This document shows positions 1 to 17,144 of a DNA stretch of 64,000 nucleotides, piece by piece (position 1 is the first letter of the stretch; every line of letters begins with the position of its first letter). The stretch lies in NCBI GenBank assembly GCA_964016885.1, contig OZ024754.1, positions 1,798,001 to 1,862,000 of the forward strand. Direction: 5' to 3'. The notes beneath the pieces were generated by a model. The model worked only from the letters and a program-made list of their open reading frames with translations, ran no database searches and was not told the DNA's origin. The position numbers and the translations under genes were made by a program. Origin of the DNA: Eledone cirrhosa (taxonomy: Eukaryota).

Positions 1-1380
1 CTGATACAGTTAGCTATTTATTTATTAGATGCTCTAAACATAAATACGAATATAATCATGCTGCCAAATTCGAGATGGAAATATGAGACTTTGCTTCTGA
101 AAATAAGTCTGGTATATCATCGATCTCGTTGGAACACTGGTAAATACATACATACATTGTGTGTCTATTGAGCTTGTACTTTATCGAGCTGAGAAAATGA
201 CAAACAAAGTTGACATTGGCAGTATTTGCAGAGAGCCGGAACGAAAAAGCGTAAAGTATTGCAGCCGACATTCTAACGACTTCGCCACATCGACGCTTAT
301 ATATATTCAGACATACGCATATTAAAAATAATTGAACACAGCAGCAGAACTTGAAAGCAGATTATTCATATTTATTGTTGAATTCGGTTTGAGATAATCC
401 TTGCATTTATTAGAAAGAAACAATATACATTTATGTCTTTGCTACGAGAATATATTAAACATGTTGACATATAGGCAAATATTTGCATGCATATAGCATT
501 AAGAGATTTATATGCAGTTTATAAAATTAGCCACACGCATACACAGATGTATGTGTGTGTAAGCAGTGATTTGAAACATATTTCAATTCAATATATAAAT
601 ATATATATATATATATATATGTTCGTGTAAAAGTTTTTAGCTATATATATAAGTATATATACAAATATATACATATATAAAGATATACATATATTTATTT
701 ATATATATTTATATATATATATATATATATATATACGTATTTGAAAGGCAAACATATATATGGCTCATATAAGTTTGCTTGCATGCATGTTTAAATGTCA
801 CTTTTATCTTACATGTATGTACATACAGTCTGTCTAATAGTGTGTTTGTAGCTATTCACACGAATACGTCCGAACGAACAGTCACTCATTGATAATACTT
901 CCTACTCTCTTTTTTATTTCCCACTTTGTCTATCGTTCCTCATATTTTTTTCTTCATCCACGATTTACTTTTTATGCTGGATTCAGCACACAACTATAAA
1001 GACATACAGGAATACCGTTTGTAGTTCTATGTATAGCTATTTGAAATGCTTACTGCAATATATGTAATATAAATATTTCTTTCACGTAATTCAGTTTCCA
1101 ACGACATTATAATTCATGCACTGTTTTCTTCCTTCTGCTATTTATTGCTCATGAAATATACTATTGTTACACGTTTGGGTTCTGTTCTTTTTTTAACCCT
1201 GTTTCAGCAGATTTTTTTTTTTTATCAAATACATTCTAGCTATGATAAGCCCGTTGGACCTCCGTCGGGTTACCCGATGAGTGTTTCAGATTTTTGATAA
1301 AATAAACACCCTTTCCATGAAACTACCGAGTGGTCTTTTACCACACACACACACACATTATATATATATATATATATATA

Positions 1381-1535
1381 GCTGTTTCATTGGAAGGAAA
1401 TCATCAGGGCTTTCCTGATGATTTCCTACGAATGAAACAGTTATAGTCCTGTAGAAGCCTTTTCTATATTAAATTTTGTACATATTCTATGTACTGAGCC
1501 CCTTACTGACTGTGGTTAACTCCGACTGAACCCGA
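1381..1535 (+). mobile_element. Short Penelope-like (PLE) 3'-end element, HHR family 2, with an inverted partial copy (1381-1409) folded back onto it
   Basis: ctgtttcatt.g.aggaaatcatcagg pairs with cctgatgatttcct.cgaatgaaacag. Homologous to 19391-19457. Directly follows a (TA)n tract. Confidence 0.65.
1408..1459 (+). ncRNA. Type I hammerhead ribozyme motif (family 2)
   Basis: Stem I (tttc/gaag), CTGATGA 1415-1421, stem II TTC-ctac-GAA with a U.U closing pair, GAAA 1434-1437, stem III ACAG/CTGT, GUA triplet ending at 1453. Confidence 0.6.
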
Positions 1536-1568
1536 GACACACACTCACACACAGACACACACACACAG

Positions 1569-1720
1569 TCCCCTCAATCTATCTTATTTCTCATTCTTTT
1601 TTCAGATGAAGGACTAGCGTCCGAAGTGTTAAGTCCCTCTTCCTGCTATATCAAACGTTAACCTAATATATCCCTTCCATATACTGTAACGATTGTGTTA
1701 TTTCTGTTTACCTTTTACAT
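1569..1720 (+). mobile_element. Short PLE-derived element, HHR family 1 (degenerate core: CAGATGA...GAAG)
   Basis: Colinear and highly similar to 23101-23270 and to the reverse complement of 39121-39288. Flanked by (CA)n and (CATA)n. Confidence 0.75.
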
Positions 1721-2084
1721 ACATGCAAACATACATACATACATACATACATACATAAAATATTATTTTCAATAGAGAATCATTGTAATCTATTGTATAA
1801 ACCAAATTGTTAGGAAGTTGCATAGAAAACAGTCTCGGCAGACAAATACAAAATAGATTTTGCGAAGCCAATTCGGCTTATGTTTCTTCTTGAAATACAT
1901 TAAAATGTAAAGTACAGATTTATAAATTTGAAATCACTGACTTATCTAATTAATCCATTGAAATTCTATAGTCATTGAATATTGCATTCTACGCAAAAAA
2001 GTTGAAACAAAGTCTCTTTCTGTAAGCTAAAATTTGAAAATTTCATTGGAACAAAACATGATTAATATTTTATGTAGTAACCAA

Positions 2085-6522
<4,438 letters not shown>

Positions 6523-6527
<5 letters not shown>

Positions 6528-6650
6528 CATTATAAAGAAAGAAGAAATATTAGATGTAAATAAAAAGATATAATATACCTAAACTCCTTCATTATCCTCG
6601 ACTACGTAGTTTCGTGGCTATTATGCAAAAACATTACATCATAGAGATGC
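6523..6650 (-). mobile_element. Degenerate HHR-bearing PLE-like 3' end (family 4) running into the giant TA array
   Basis: Minus strand reads GAAACTACGTAGTC-GAGGAT, a palindromic stem III with a GUC triplet. The upstream core has decayed (atctc-tATGATGt). Confidence 0.45.
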
Positions 6651-6676
6651 AGTATGCGTGTATGTATGCAAAAAAA

Positions 6677-6804
6677 ATGGTAAACAGAAATCAACAACAC
6701 AATCGGTACAGTATATGGAAGGGATATATTCGGGTTAACGCTTGATATAGCAGGAAGAGGGTCTGAGCGTTTAGGACGTTAGCCCTTCATCAGAAGAAAG
6801 AATG
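6677..6804 (-). mobile_element. Short PLE-derived element, HHR family 1 (GAAA mutated to TAAA)
   Basis: Reverse complement reads ttcttCTGATGAaGGGCtaacGTCCtaaac..., with the same tail as the other family-1 copies. Confidence 0.75.
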
Positions 6805-6855
6805 TATATATATATATATATATACATACATACATACATACTTACATACATGCAT

Positions 6856-6940
<85 letters not shown>

Positions 6941-7183
6941 TATAATTTCTTCCAATAAATAAGCTTTGTATATATGGAAGTCTGTGAAGTAGCAGATTCG
7001 TTACAACGTCGGACAGAATGGTTTGTGATATTTGTCACATCTCTGTTGAAATCCATTGCTGTTACCTGTCAGCGTAACTGGAGAGAGAGAGAGGGGTGGG
7101 GGCATATGTGTTTGTGTGTGTGTGTGTGCGTTTGTGAGTGTGTGTGTGCGCGCGTGTAATATATATATATATATAGCTGTATA

Positions 7184-7264
7184 TATTACCCACCCTACTA
7201 CCCTAAGTATTGAGTACTCTGGTGAGTTATGGTCCACCTGGCATCTTACCACACCCTCTTTGTT
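7184..7264 (+). mobile_element. 3' tail fragment of HHR family 3 element
   Basis: tattacccaccctactaccctaagtattgagtactctggtg...ccacaccctctttg matches 23695-23768. Lies between TA tracts. Confidence 0.75.
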
Positions 7265-8530
7265 ATATATATGTATATATATATATGTGTATGTGTGTGG
7301 ATGTGTTTGTACATAGGAGAGAGACAGATGGCGGCGGGCGAGGGTGGTCACTAGTTTAAGTTCATGTAGGAAAAAGTTCTTAATACATACATATCCACTT
7401 AGTATTTAGATGACATTATGTTGAAGTGTAGGTTGATAGCTTCACCATATATCTTGCTATACATATAGCTGATTCAACAGAGAAGATTGGAGCCATACAA
7501 GTAAATGACACAATGATTAAAATTTCAAAAGAAAACATTATTTGATGACACCAACATACACTTGTTTGTGTTCAAGTGTTCAACTACGTTTAACTGATTG
7601 AATATTTAGAATTAAAACAATGAGAATAAATACGTGCCATTACCATTATAAGCATATGTATAATTCTATAAATATTTCTGAGAAATTAGTCGAAGTTGAC
7701 AGAACGTTAATGATAATTGGTCATTTTCTAATTTAAAATTCAAGAGAAGTTTAACTCTTGGAGTCTTTGCTATTTTCTCGGTAACAATGGAAATATATGG
7801 AGACTTCTGGTGTGCTTGGCCCTAATTACGACCATAGGTGCTGAGTTGGCCAGTCGCAGGTGTGAGCCTCGCGAGTTGGAATGGCTCCTTCTCCATCCTG
7901 TCCACCGGGGCTGTGGGGATGCCAGCACGTGGGACCCCACTTGCTCACCATACGGATTAATAGGCAAAGTTATAAACTATTGTTTCTACCTGTTGGAAGT
8001 CGGAGTTACAGTTCTGTGGTTTTCAGTTTTCACGAGATGTATTAGTGATGTGATAGAGAGGAGGTAATTCTGGTTTGAAAAACGTTTCTCTTGGAAAATA
8101 GCTTTTGTGAATCATTAAGGCACGACTATATTCCTGCTGAGCTTCTAAAGGCTATACTTAGAACTGCTAAAAGAAACAGGTGCTGTTTTAGTAAATGACG
8201 TATGGTATTTAATCATATATATTGTTTTAGTCAAAAGACTGTAGCCATGCCTGAGCACCCACTTGAGTTTGTCGATCATATCGACCTCAATTCTGATTTT
8301 TTCAAATATTGTCCTTATAACCTCGATCTCCTTTGGTCAATTAACCACGATAAAGTCCGGATCCAACACCGCTAAACATTATATATCCACCTTTTTAGCG
8401 ACTCTACCAATTAACTTTCTTCAATATTCTTATAGATTATATACCAAAATAGATTATATACACATACACATATTATATATATATATATATTTTTTTATTT
8501 TTATTTATATATATATATATACATATATAT

Positions 8531-8561
<31 letters not shown>

Positions 8562-8598
8562 AATATATATATATCACATACACACACGTACACACATT

Positions 8599-8646
<48 letters not shown>

Positions 8647-9040
8647 ATCAGATGTACGTTAACAGTTAATAGAGGGCGGCCAAATAAAACCATGGTAACA
8701 TACATCACATATATTAGAGTTTCTATTGCTGTTACAAATAGTAATCACAAATATTAGAAATATTAGAAGATACAAAGTTGACTTCACGCAGGTTCACAAT
8801 ATCCTTAGGCAAGTATTTATTAATTTGGGGTCGCACAATTGAGAAGAATATTGGACAACAAGAGTACACACTAATAACAGAGAAAAGTATGGAACAAGTA
8901 AGAAAAATAATACGGAACAGAAAAAAAAAATGATCGGAATATAAAAATTGATATGACGATAAAATAAGCTTAGAAAGAAATGGCTAAATTTGATTAATAG
9001 AACGAAACAAATATAAAAAAAATACTAATAAAGGGTTCTT

Positions 9041-9086
<46 letters not shown>

Positions 9087-9271
9087 CAGACATATATATA
9101 TATATAAATGTATGTAAATACAAATATAATTATGAATGTATATATGTATGTATACACGCGAATATATATGTACATATATACATATATAATACATATATAA
9201 TACATATGTGTACGCATATTTATTTTAAAACATGTATAAATATATGCATATATATATACACATAAACATAC

Positions 9272-9321
<50 letters not shown>

Positions 9322-9398
9322 GTATATGTGTGTTTGTGCGTGTGTATGATTTCACTTATGTTTTGTCTGTGCGTTCAAGTAAGCTTACATGTATGTAT

Positions 9399-9432
<34 letters not shown>

Positions 9433-9569
9433 GTATACATACATGTATACATGCATGATTGAGTATATATTGAATGGAAGAAAAACAATTTGTTGCAGCT
9501 CAATTGTGAGGTTATGTGGGGTTCGTGGTGTCTACAGCGTTGGAGGGTTCGCTGAAACTCTGGGGAAAT

Positions 9570-9670
9570 TATGAGTCGCTAATAGATAAGATGCTGTATT
9601 GCAAATCTAAAGAAACGCTGCTGCTTCTATACACTTGTCTAGTATGGCCTCGTTCAGGTTCTATACAGGT
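9570..9670 (+). pseudogene. Possible CR1/L2-type LINE RT remnant
   Basis: Translation ...YCKSKETLLLLYTCLVWP... resembles the CR1 'LY..LVRP' region. Short and diverged. Confidence 0.35.
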
Positions 9671-10627
9671 AAAAAAAAAAAAAAAGCATCTGATTGGTTA
9701 ATGCCTTTATACATATTTGTTACATTTTGTCTGTCATTTTATTTTTCGTATTTCTTTTGCATTTTCGCTTTCTAAATAATAATGTTGTACCTAAATATAT
9801 CTATAATTTCATGACTTACACTACTGCGTTTACACAAACATGTATAATACACATATATATATATATACATAAATATATATACATATATACGCACACACAC
9901 GCATATATATATGTGCGTGTGCGTGTACGTATGCTTCGATGCATGTTAGTTAATCGTACACAAACTAGGGAGAAGTAGCCATACAAAATAGCAAATTATT
10001 GTTGAACACTGAACCAAATATAATATATATAAATGTGTTTAACATACTCAGCCCCTTAAGTGTTTTGTTCTAATAAATCATTAATTTTCATTGAGTATTT
10101 TTTCTTAAAAAATAAGTGTCTTTGTATATATATTTTTCTATATTAGACTGGGAAAATCTTGAAAGTGATACTCAAAACAGAGTGCAGCATTTAATAATCT
10201 CCCTTGTAGATCAGTTAGCACTCCCAGATGCACCGCACGTATATCAGAAGATGTTGTTATGATCGGAGTTAGAAGATCAATAAAGTTTTCTCTCCACCTT
10301 GCGAGCATGGACCTTTATATAGAAAGGAGAAACACAGACGCGTTCCCTTTTATTTAATATCGCTTGTGATTTGTATATATCATTTGTTTCTTATTCAATT
10401 TTTTCCTACTATATTCAAGTATGAAGGGATATATTTCTTCATTGTACTGTGTCATTTGCTTCGTTGTTTCCGTTTACGTTTTGCACACACACACAGACAC
10501 ACACACACACACATATATATATAGTTCAAGAAATTACAAGACACACAAAGATGCAACAACACAAAATATTATTAGAATCACACTTAAGAGGAAGTATAAG
10601 AGTCTGCACACACACATATATGTATAA

Positions 10628-10720
<93 letters not shown>

Positions 10721-12089
10721 AATATTCAGTGAATGAAATATTGGAATTTGTCGTCTTGGAAATCTAACATTATGTCTAATCTGTAGTTGGAGTGGGAACC
10801 TTCATTTCAAATATGATTGTTGTTGTTTGTGATCTTATTGTTGTTGTTGTTGTTGCTGTCGTGTTGTTGTTATTGTTATTGTTCGTGATGTTGCTGATAT
10901 TGTTGCTGTCTTTTTTTTTCTCTATTAAATTTCACGTGTTAGTGTATTGTCTGCTCCGGGATTTTGCTGAAAAACCGTTCGCTTTTTCGAAAATTGATCT
11001 TTTTTATTCTGTGTTTCCATCAACAATCTATGATAGCTTCTTCGTGGTCGGCGTATAATAATTATTTTATCTACCACTTTCCAATTCTTCATCGTTATCT
11101 TGCTTCTAGTTTCTTTTCTTATTTCGCCTCTATTACGGATCTTAATATCAAGCGAGTGGAATCCTTTATTAAGCAAATCTAGTCGGAGCAGAAATCGATA
11201 CACGTAAAACCTATTTCATTTCCTCGACATCGGATTAAATCAGTCACAGGAATCAATTAATTAGCCTGGAGGTCAAATGGGATTAAGAAAGGCCACATGT
11301 GTGGTAGAGAATATATACGGAACTGTAATATTTACTACGACAAATTCTTTCGAGAGTCTGGAAAATGGATCAATGCCACAGTCCATCATATTTTGTTGTA
11401 AATCATTCTTATCTAAACCAATTTCTAAATGTTATATTTATCCTAATACCAGAGCACAGTATACGACACATGTCTGATTCAACGATTTTCCAATCTTTAA
11501 AACGTACTACATTTGTTTTCTCTAATTGCTGTCTCAACGACATTTCTTATCTAATGATACCAATATTTCCTATCCGATGCTTTCTAAATTATCTGGAATG
11601 TTCTTCATGTCATAGAGCGTGGTCGGGTCGATCGTGTGTGAGCAGTAATATGAGAGTTTCAATCCCTAAAGATACGGGTTCAACTATGATAATAGGGGTG
11701 GTTTCCATCGGTTCAACCATTTCCATAATGATGCCTAGAGCATTACTATATTTGTATTTTTATTGTAATTTCTGCAATGTCGCAAAGATGACATCATCAT
11801 GGTTTATTAGAAATTATGAGCCCCAGCGTTACTAATGATATAAATGCTTTATTGTTAAGTATTCGCCATGATGCATCCTTGCTTATGGATATGTTTTCTG
11901 GTTGTGTTTTGATACACAATACGACGTTTGCTGTGAAGTATCTCAATACTCCCCAAGTAATATTAAATCAAATTAAATTGCGTAGATGTCACTAATCTTG
12001 TTCTTTACAGATCTGAAGTATTTCCTTACAGGGAAGACAATAAAGAATCAGTGTTCAAGCTCCGTTATTACCAAATATTATATATCAAA

Positions 12090-12276
12090 GGCGGTGGATT
12101 GGCAGTATCGGTAGAGGGTTGGACGCCATGCTTTGACGGATAGAGTTACAGCCCTTTCCATTCTGAATTCAAATCCCGCCAAGGTTAACTTTGCCTTTCA
12201 TCCTTACGGGGTCGATAAAATAAAGTACCAGTAATGCACTGGGGTAATTGCTGGCCTTGTGCCAAAATTAGAAACA
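12090..12276 (+). mobile_element. Full-length tRNA-derived SINE (family A)
   Basis: A-box TGGCAGTATCGG, B-box-like TTCAAATCC, central gcctttcatccttacggggtcgataaaataaagtaccag (Meta/MESC-domain-like). 13-bp TSD ATTATATATCAAA at 12077-12089 and 12277-12289. Confidence 0.9.
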
Positions 12277-12821
12277 ATTATATATCAAATGCCACATAAC
12301 GCAATTTGTCTTTTTATTTTATTTAAACACTATTTTCGAATGGTAATTTACCTTCTATTAATGACAGTAACAAGAGGCCCCTACAAATAATCATGTAAAC
12401 ATTCTAACAGTAACTTAGATTCTAGCAAATGTAAAAGACAAAGGATCTGCGCAGTTTATATCAAACCTGATTGTGAGCAAGTAAAAATAAAATATAGACT
12501 TAACACAGCATCTCACGGTTGATGGAAATGACACGTTTTACATAGTGTTACAGAGTTCAAATCCTATAAACATTAGATCTTAAAGAAACTGAATCTAACC
12601 AGATTGAATATGGCACTTGGTGGGACAATAGATTAAAGTTTAAATGCCCAATTATTTACGCCGGAATTATAAGTAGGTGAATATACGTTAGCAATCAAGA
12701 TATCATTAATTGCACATTTGAGATATCATTATGAAGCAGGAAAACCTTTAAAGTAGTGTAATTAATGTCGTAGAAAGCGAACATTTGCAGGTCATCTTCA
12801 ATTTCTGCGAGGAAGACTACA

Positions 12822-12896
<75 letters not shown>

Positions 12897-13516
12897 CGAA
12901 ATAATACATAATATAAACTATTTGAATATCATACAAAATCTGGACATTAAGACAATTTCAATGGAATTATTCATTCATCGATTTTCCAGTGCCTCTATGT
13001 ATCGCCATTTGATCGTCAGTGTGCTTGTTTCTTCATAACATTATATATACTACACGTATATATATCTGCGTATGTATATATATATGTGGTTGTATGTGTG
13101 TGTGTGTTCTTAAGCGCGTGTTTATGTGATTGTGTACATATTTTTGTTTCATCACATTTTCTCTTTTCCCGCTCTCAGAAATTTAATCTTATTACTTTTC
13201 ATTTTCTCTTCTTCTACAACTCCCATCTTTCTTTTTACTTTATATGCCCCCCCCCCCCCCCACACTTTTTTTTCTCATTTCCTGAACAACGAGGAATCTT
13301 TGACAGTAATGTCACATCCAACAATAACGACACCGTGAAAATATTACAATAAAGAAGACGGATACATTAAGAATATCTTGTGAAATAAATGGTGAAGAGA
13401 AATTCTCATTTCCCTTTGCGTTCATATTTCGATCGATTTTGGTTTGTCTTACCCGTTCCTCTATTCTAATCACAATTTTTCTTCTGCCTGTCTCTTCTTC
13501 TGAGCGTTTCTTTTAC

Positions 13517-13519
<3 letters not shown>

Positions 13520-13575
<56 letters not shown>

Positions 13576-13713
13576 CATATGTATATATATATATACATAC
13601 ATACATATGTATATATATATATACATACATATGTATATATATACACATACATATGTATATATATACATATGTATATATATATATATATACATACATATGT
13701 ATATATATACATA

Positions 13714-13747
<34 letters not shown>

Positions 13748-13888
13748 CATATATATATATACATATATATATATACATATATATGTATACATATATATGT
13801 ATACATATATATGTATACATATATATGTATATATATATACATATATATATACATATATATATACATATATATGTATACACATATATAC

Positions 13889-13919
<31 letters not shown>

Positions 13920-13964
13920 CATATATATGTATGTATTTTATAAAAACACACACACATATATGTC

Positions 13965-13997
<33 letters not shown>
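13520..13997. repeat. Compound (TA)n microsatellite
   Basis: Direct reading. Confidence 0.97.
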
Positions 13998-14400
13998 TAG
14001 CGTGGCCAATCAACAGAACCACGGGGTCTGCAAAATCCCAGCCCAATCGGACAACTATTAGGCGACCCTCAAACGCCTTGAATTTGGAACATAGTATACG
14101 CAACGATTAATTCTGTTCAAAAGCCGTATACTGTTCCCTATCTCGACCATTTTCTTGTTTCTTTTGAGAGAAATTGATATGGATACATCCAGGCAACCCC
14201 AGCAAATGTTTAAAAACTTTCTGAATCAAATTTACCAATAATTCATTTGAAAAATTCCTGAAATAACATGAAAAACTTAAGAAATATTACGTTTTCTTAA
14301 TAAAGCAGAGAACTTCTATAAGAGAAACGCATTTTTATTTACAACAATAATTTCTATAGAATAAAAAACAGTGTGAACACTGAACACTGATTATTGAACA

Positions 14401-14570
14401 TTAACTTTGCCTTTCATCCCTACGGGGGGTCGATAAAATAAAGTACCAGTAATACACTGGGTATTTGCTGGCCTTGTGCCAAAAGTAGAAAATTATTTTT
14501 TCAAAATAAAGTACCAGTAATACACTGGAATAATTGCTGGCCTTGTGCCAAATATAGAAACAATTATTTT
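14401..14570 (+). mobile_element. SINE family A 3' half followed by a duplicated tail
   Basis: Matches 12186-12280. The tail aaaataaagtaccag...ggccttgtgccaaa occurs twice. Confidence 0.85.
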
Positions 14571-14580
14571 TTCATAAGAG

Positions 14581-14992
14581 AGGATTTGGTGTTAGTTGGG
14601 TATGTTTTACGGTTTTCAGTAACGATCTGTAAAACAAATTATTTCTCAGTTTCATCTTTTGTGTGAATGTTATTGTAATCCCGAATGAGTTTGACACCTC
14701 TTTCTGCAACATCATTCACAACAACTGTCTTCTGAGGTTTTTCAAGTCCTCTTTTGTAACCAGGATCATCCTTCCATGTTGGAGGGTCTTTGCCGAGGAA
14801 ATCGGTGCTGATTGAAAATCTCGTTAAAAAAGTTTTGTACCAGGAGTTACAAAAGACGAAAACTCGATGTTTGTAAAGGAAGAAAAGTCATTTTGGTGCA
14901 GAATCTACCTCTTCAGTTGATTTTTTTCTTCTTCCTCATCTTCGCCTTTGTCTGCTTCCAACATAACTTGAGCAATATTTGCCTTAACCTCT
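14581..14992 (-). pseudogene. Decayed transposase C-terminus
   Basis: Translation with 2 stops and 1 frameshift: ...FSSFVTPGTKLF/LTRFSISTDFLGKDPPTWKDDPGYKRGLEKPQKTVVVNDVAERGVKLIRDYNNIHTKDETEK*FVLQIVTENRKTYP. The VVND.AERGVKL motif is typical of hATm-like transposases. Confidence 0.75.
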
Positions 14993-15029
14993 CCTTGCCC
15001 TCCTCGTCTCCTTTCTGCATGGCTCTCAT

Positions 15030-15320
15030 TGTTCTCCTTGTTTTCCTTTCTCCTTGCTATCCTTTCTCATTGCTCTTCTTTTCTCTTTATTCTCCTTTCT
15101 CCATTGCTCTCCTTTTCTCCTTACTCTCTTTGCTCTCCTTTTCTCTTTACTCTCCTTACTCTCCCTTTCTCATTGCTCTCCTTTTCTCCTTGCGCTCCTT
15201 TCTCATCTTTTCTATTTACTCTCCTTGCTCTCCTTTTTTCTTTACTCTCCTTACTCTTCTTTTCTCATTGCTCTCCTTGCTCTCCTTTTCTCCCATTTTC
15301 TCCTTACTCTCCTTTTCTCC
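15030..15320. repeat. Degenerate pyrimidine-rich minisatellite (~19 bp, ctccttttctccttgctct-like)
   Basis: Direct reading. Confidence 0.85.
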
Positions 15321-15440
15321 CTGTATCTATGTACTTGTTTATATACAAATACAATGAGAAAAGGGGAGCAAAGAGAAATATGAAAGCAAGGATAGTGAGT
15401 AGAGTATATATATATACATATCACTTATTCCTGAGAGGGT

Positions 15441-15660
15441 CATTAGGTAGATCCCTGAAACACTCCTTCCAGCGTGTCCTCTAAGAAGCAACCGTCTTCA
15501 GCTGATCCAACTGGATTCCCAAGTGACGGTTCTACCTGGAGTATCTCTCTCATCTCCGAGCTATTCATTCTATCGAGTAACGTTACTCCGAAGATCATTT
15601 GGAGGAACCCATTTCTCCCACTTCTGTTCACGATTCTCTCCTTTCAATCATTACCCTAAA
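15441..15660 (-). pseudogene. RTE-clade LINE C-terminal remnant
   Basis: ...FLQMIFGVTLLDRMNSSEMREILQVEP... and, in another frame, ...RTRWKE... match the RTE 'FLRRI.GVT..DR...IRE.L.VEP' and 'RPRTRW' motifs. Confidence 0.65.
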
Positions 15661-16025
15661 CGCACTCCACCCTTTCATATATTTCTATATAAATACTTTG
15701 CCAGGGATCTTTCCTATTTAACCACTTTACCCACGTATAGCTTTGATAAAGGGAAATAAATAAACATTGTGGCTCTGATCGAGAAAAATAAATCTTTCTG
15801 CTGGTATGATACATGTGTGATAAAACAAACATCGCAGATAAAAAAAAGGGGGGGGGGGGTAGATGACGATGTTGTTAATATCTGCCTGTCACCCATCTCG
15901 GGGATTGTCTCTCTGACGACCACTGGCCGCTCGTCTGTCATATGAGGCACTTTTACCCATCGCTGTCATTGACAATATTTGGCTGTTTTAACGGCTTTTC
16001 TAGCGATGAGGCCTTTCATATGTAT

Positions 16026-16083
<58 letters not shown>

Positions 16084-16232
16084 GATGCGTTGGTGTATCT
16101 CAAGCAAAACAAACAAACTCTCGGTCTCTCTCAGAAACACACACACACACACACACATTATATATATATATATATATTTATCAATAGAGAGACTGAGAGA
16201 CAGAGAAAGAGACAGAGAGACATAGTGAGTGA

Positions 16233-16264
<32 letters not shown>

Positions 16265-16604
16265 ACTACATGACTTCGTGCATAGACCAAGAAGTGTATT
16301 AAAGAAGCAGTCGCCAAAAGACATTTTTATGAAACAGATCCAAAGATTCTTATGAAAAGATGACTGAATACCAATGGGAATGTGCGATAAACTGTTCAAA
16401 CATTCCGAATCTCATTGATAATAATTTTCTTGTTCAAACCCAAAATAAATATAACCTATAACAACAACGAATAAAAGAACTCCAAAGAATATATAGAACT
16501 ATTTTCTTTTTAATTTTTGTAATAACAAAAACATCACGAGCAATAAGATTTACCATATATATTCGCGGCTCCCAGATTTATTTATATACAACCTTCGGAT
16601 TCCT

Positions 16605-16641
<37 letters not shown>

Positions 16642-17100
16642 CATACATATACATAGAAACACACACACATATATATATATATATATAAATATATATATCA
16701 TTCCAGTTTTGGGTATTAGGTTTTTAATTCGGTTTTTCCTATTATTTTGAAATATATTTTTCTTACATCTCAAGTTTTATATTTATTTACATTTTACATT
16801 TTATATTTTATATTTTATATATATTTTCATAGATGATTAATATTATTCCAAGGTTGCCTCAGTGCATTGTGACCCCCGCCCCACCATCACACAAAAGTAT
16901 ATATTTTATTGTTTATTTATATATTTTATTGTGTAGATTTATATTTATTTGTATTAATTTGTTTGCTTTTTTATATTAGCTGCTAAGCAAACATGAAATA
17001 GTTCGGGAATCTGTTTACTTGAATTTAGCGAAAAAAAAATTTAATTTTATACAGTGATTAATCATACGTATTAATAAACAAAAGGCACACACACACACAC

Positions 17101-17144
<44 letters not shown>

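Larger units (their letters stand above)
13998..14992 (-). mobile_element. Truncated DNA transposon 3' end (hAT superfamily, hATm-like), interrupted by SINE fragments
   Basis: Terminus tagcgtgg (TAGGGTG-like) at 13998, then a subterminal region, then a transposase remnant. Confidence 0.55.

Noticed and set aside
1268-1345. HHR-like CCGATGA...GAAACTACcgaGTGGTC
   Set aside because: The core is mutated, 9 extra nt separate stem II from GAAA, and there is no stem I. It may be a decayed copy but is unsupported.
10200-10340. Possible solo LTR (TG...AATAAA...CA)
   Set aside because: Short, single copy in the window and no TSD.
12090-12180. tRNA gene calls from A/B boxes (also 36539, 57780 and 23824)
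   Set aside because: No cloverleaf can be formed. These are SINE heads, most continuing into repeat bodies.
14812-15484. Leu/Ser/Phe-rich + strand ORFs resembling membrane proteins
   Set aside because: Derived from a pyrimidine minisatellite and the antisense strand of the transposase remnant.
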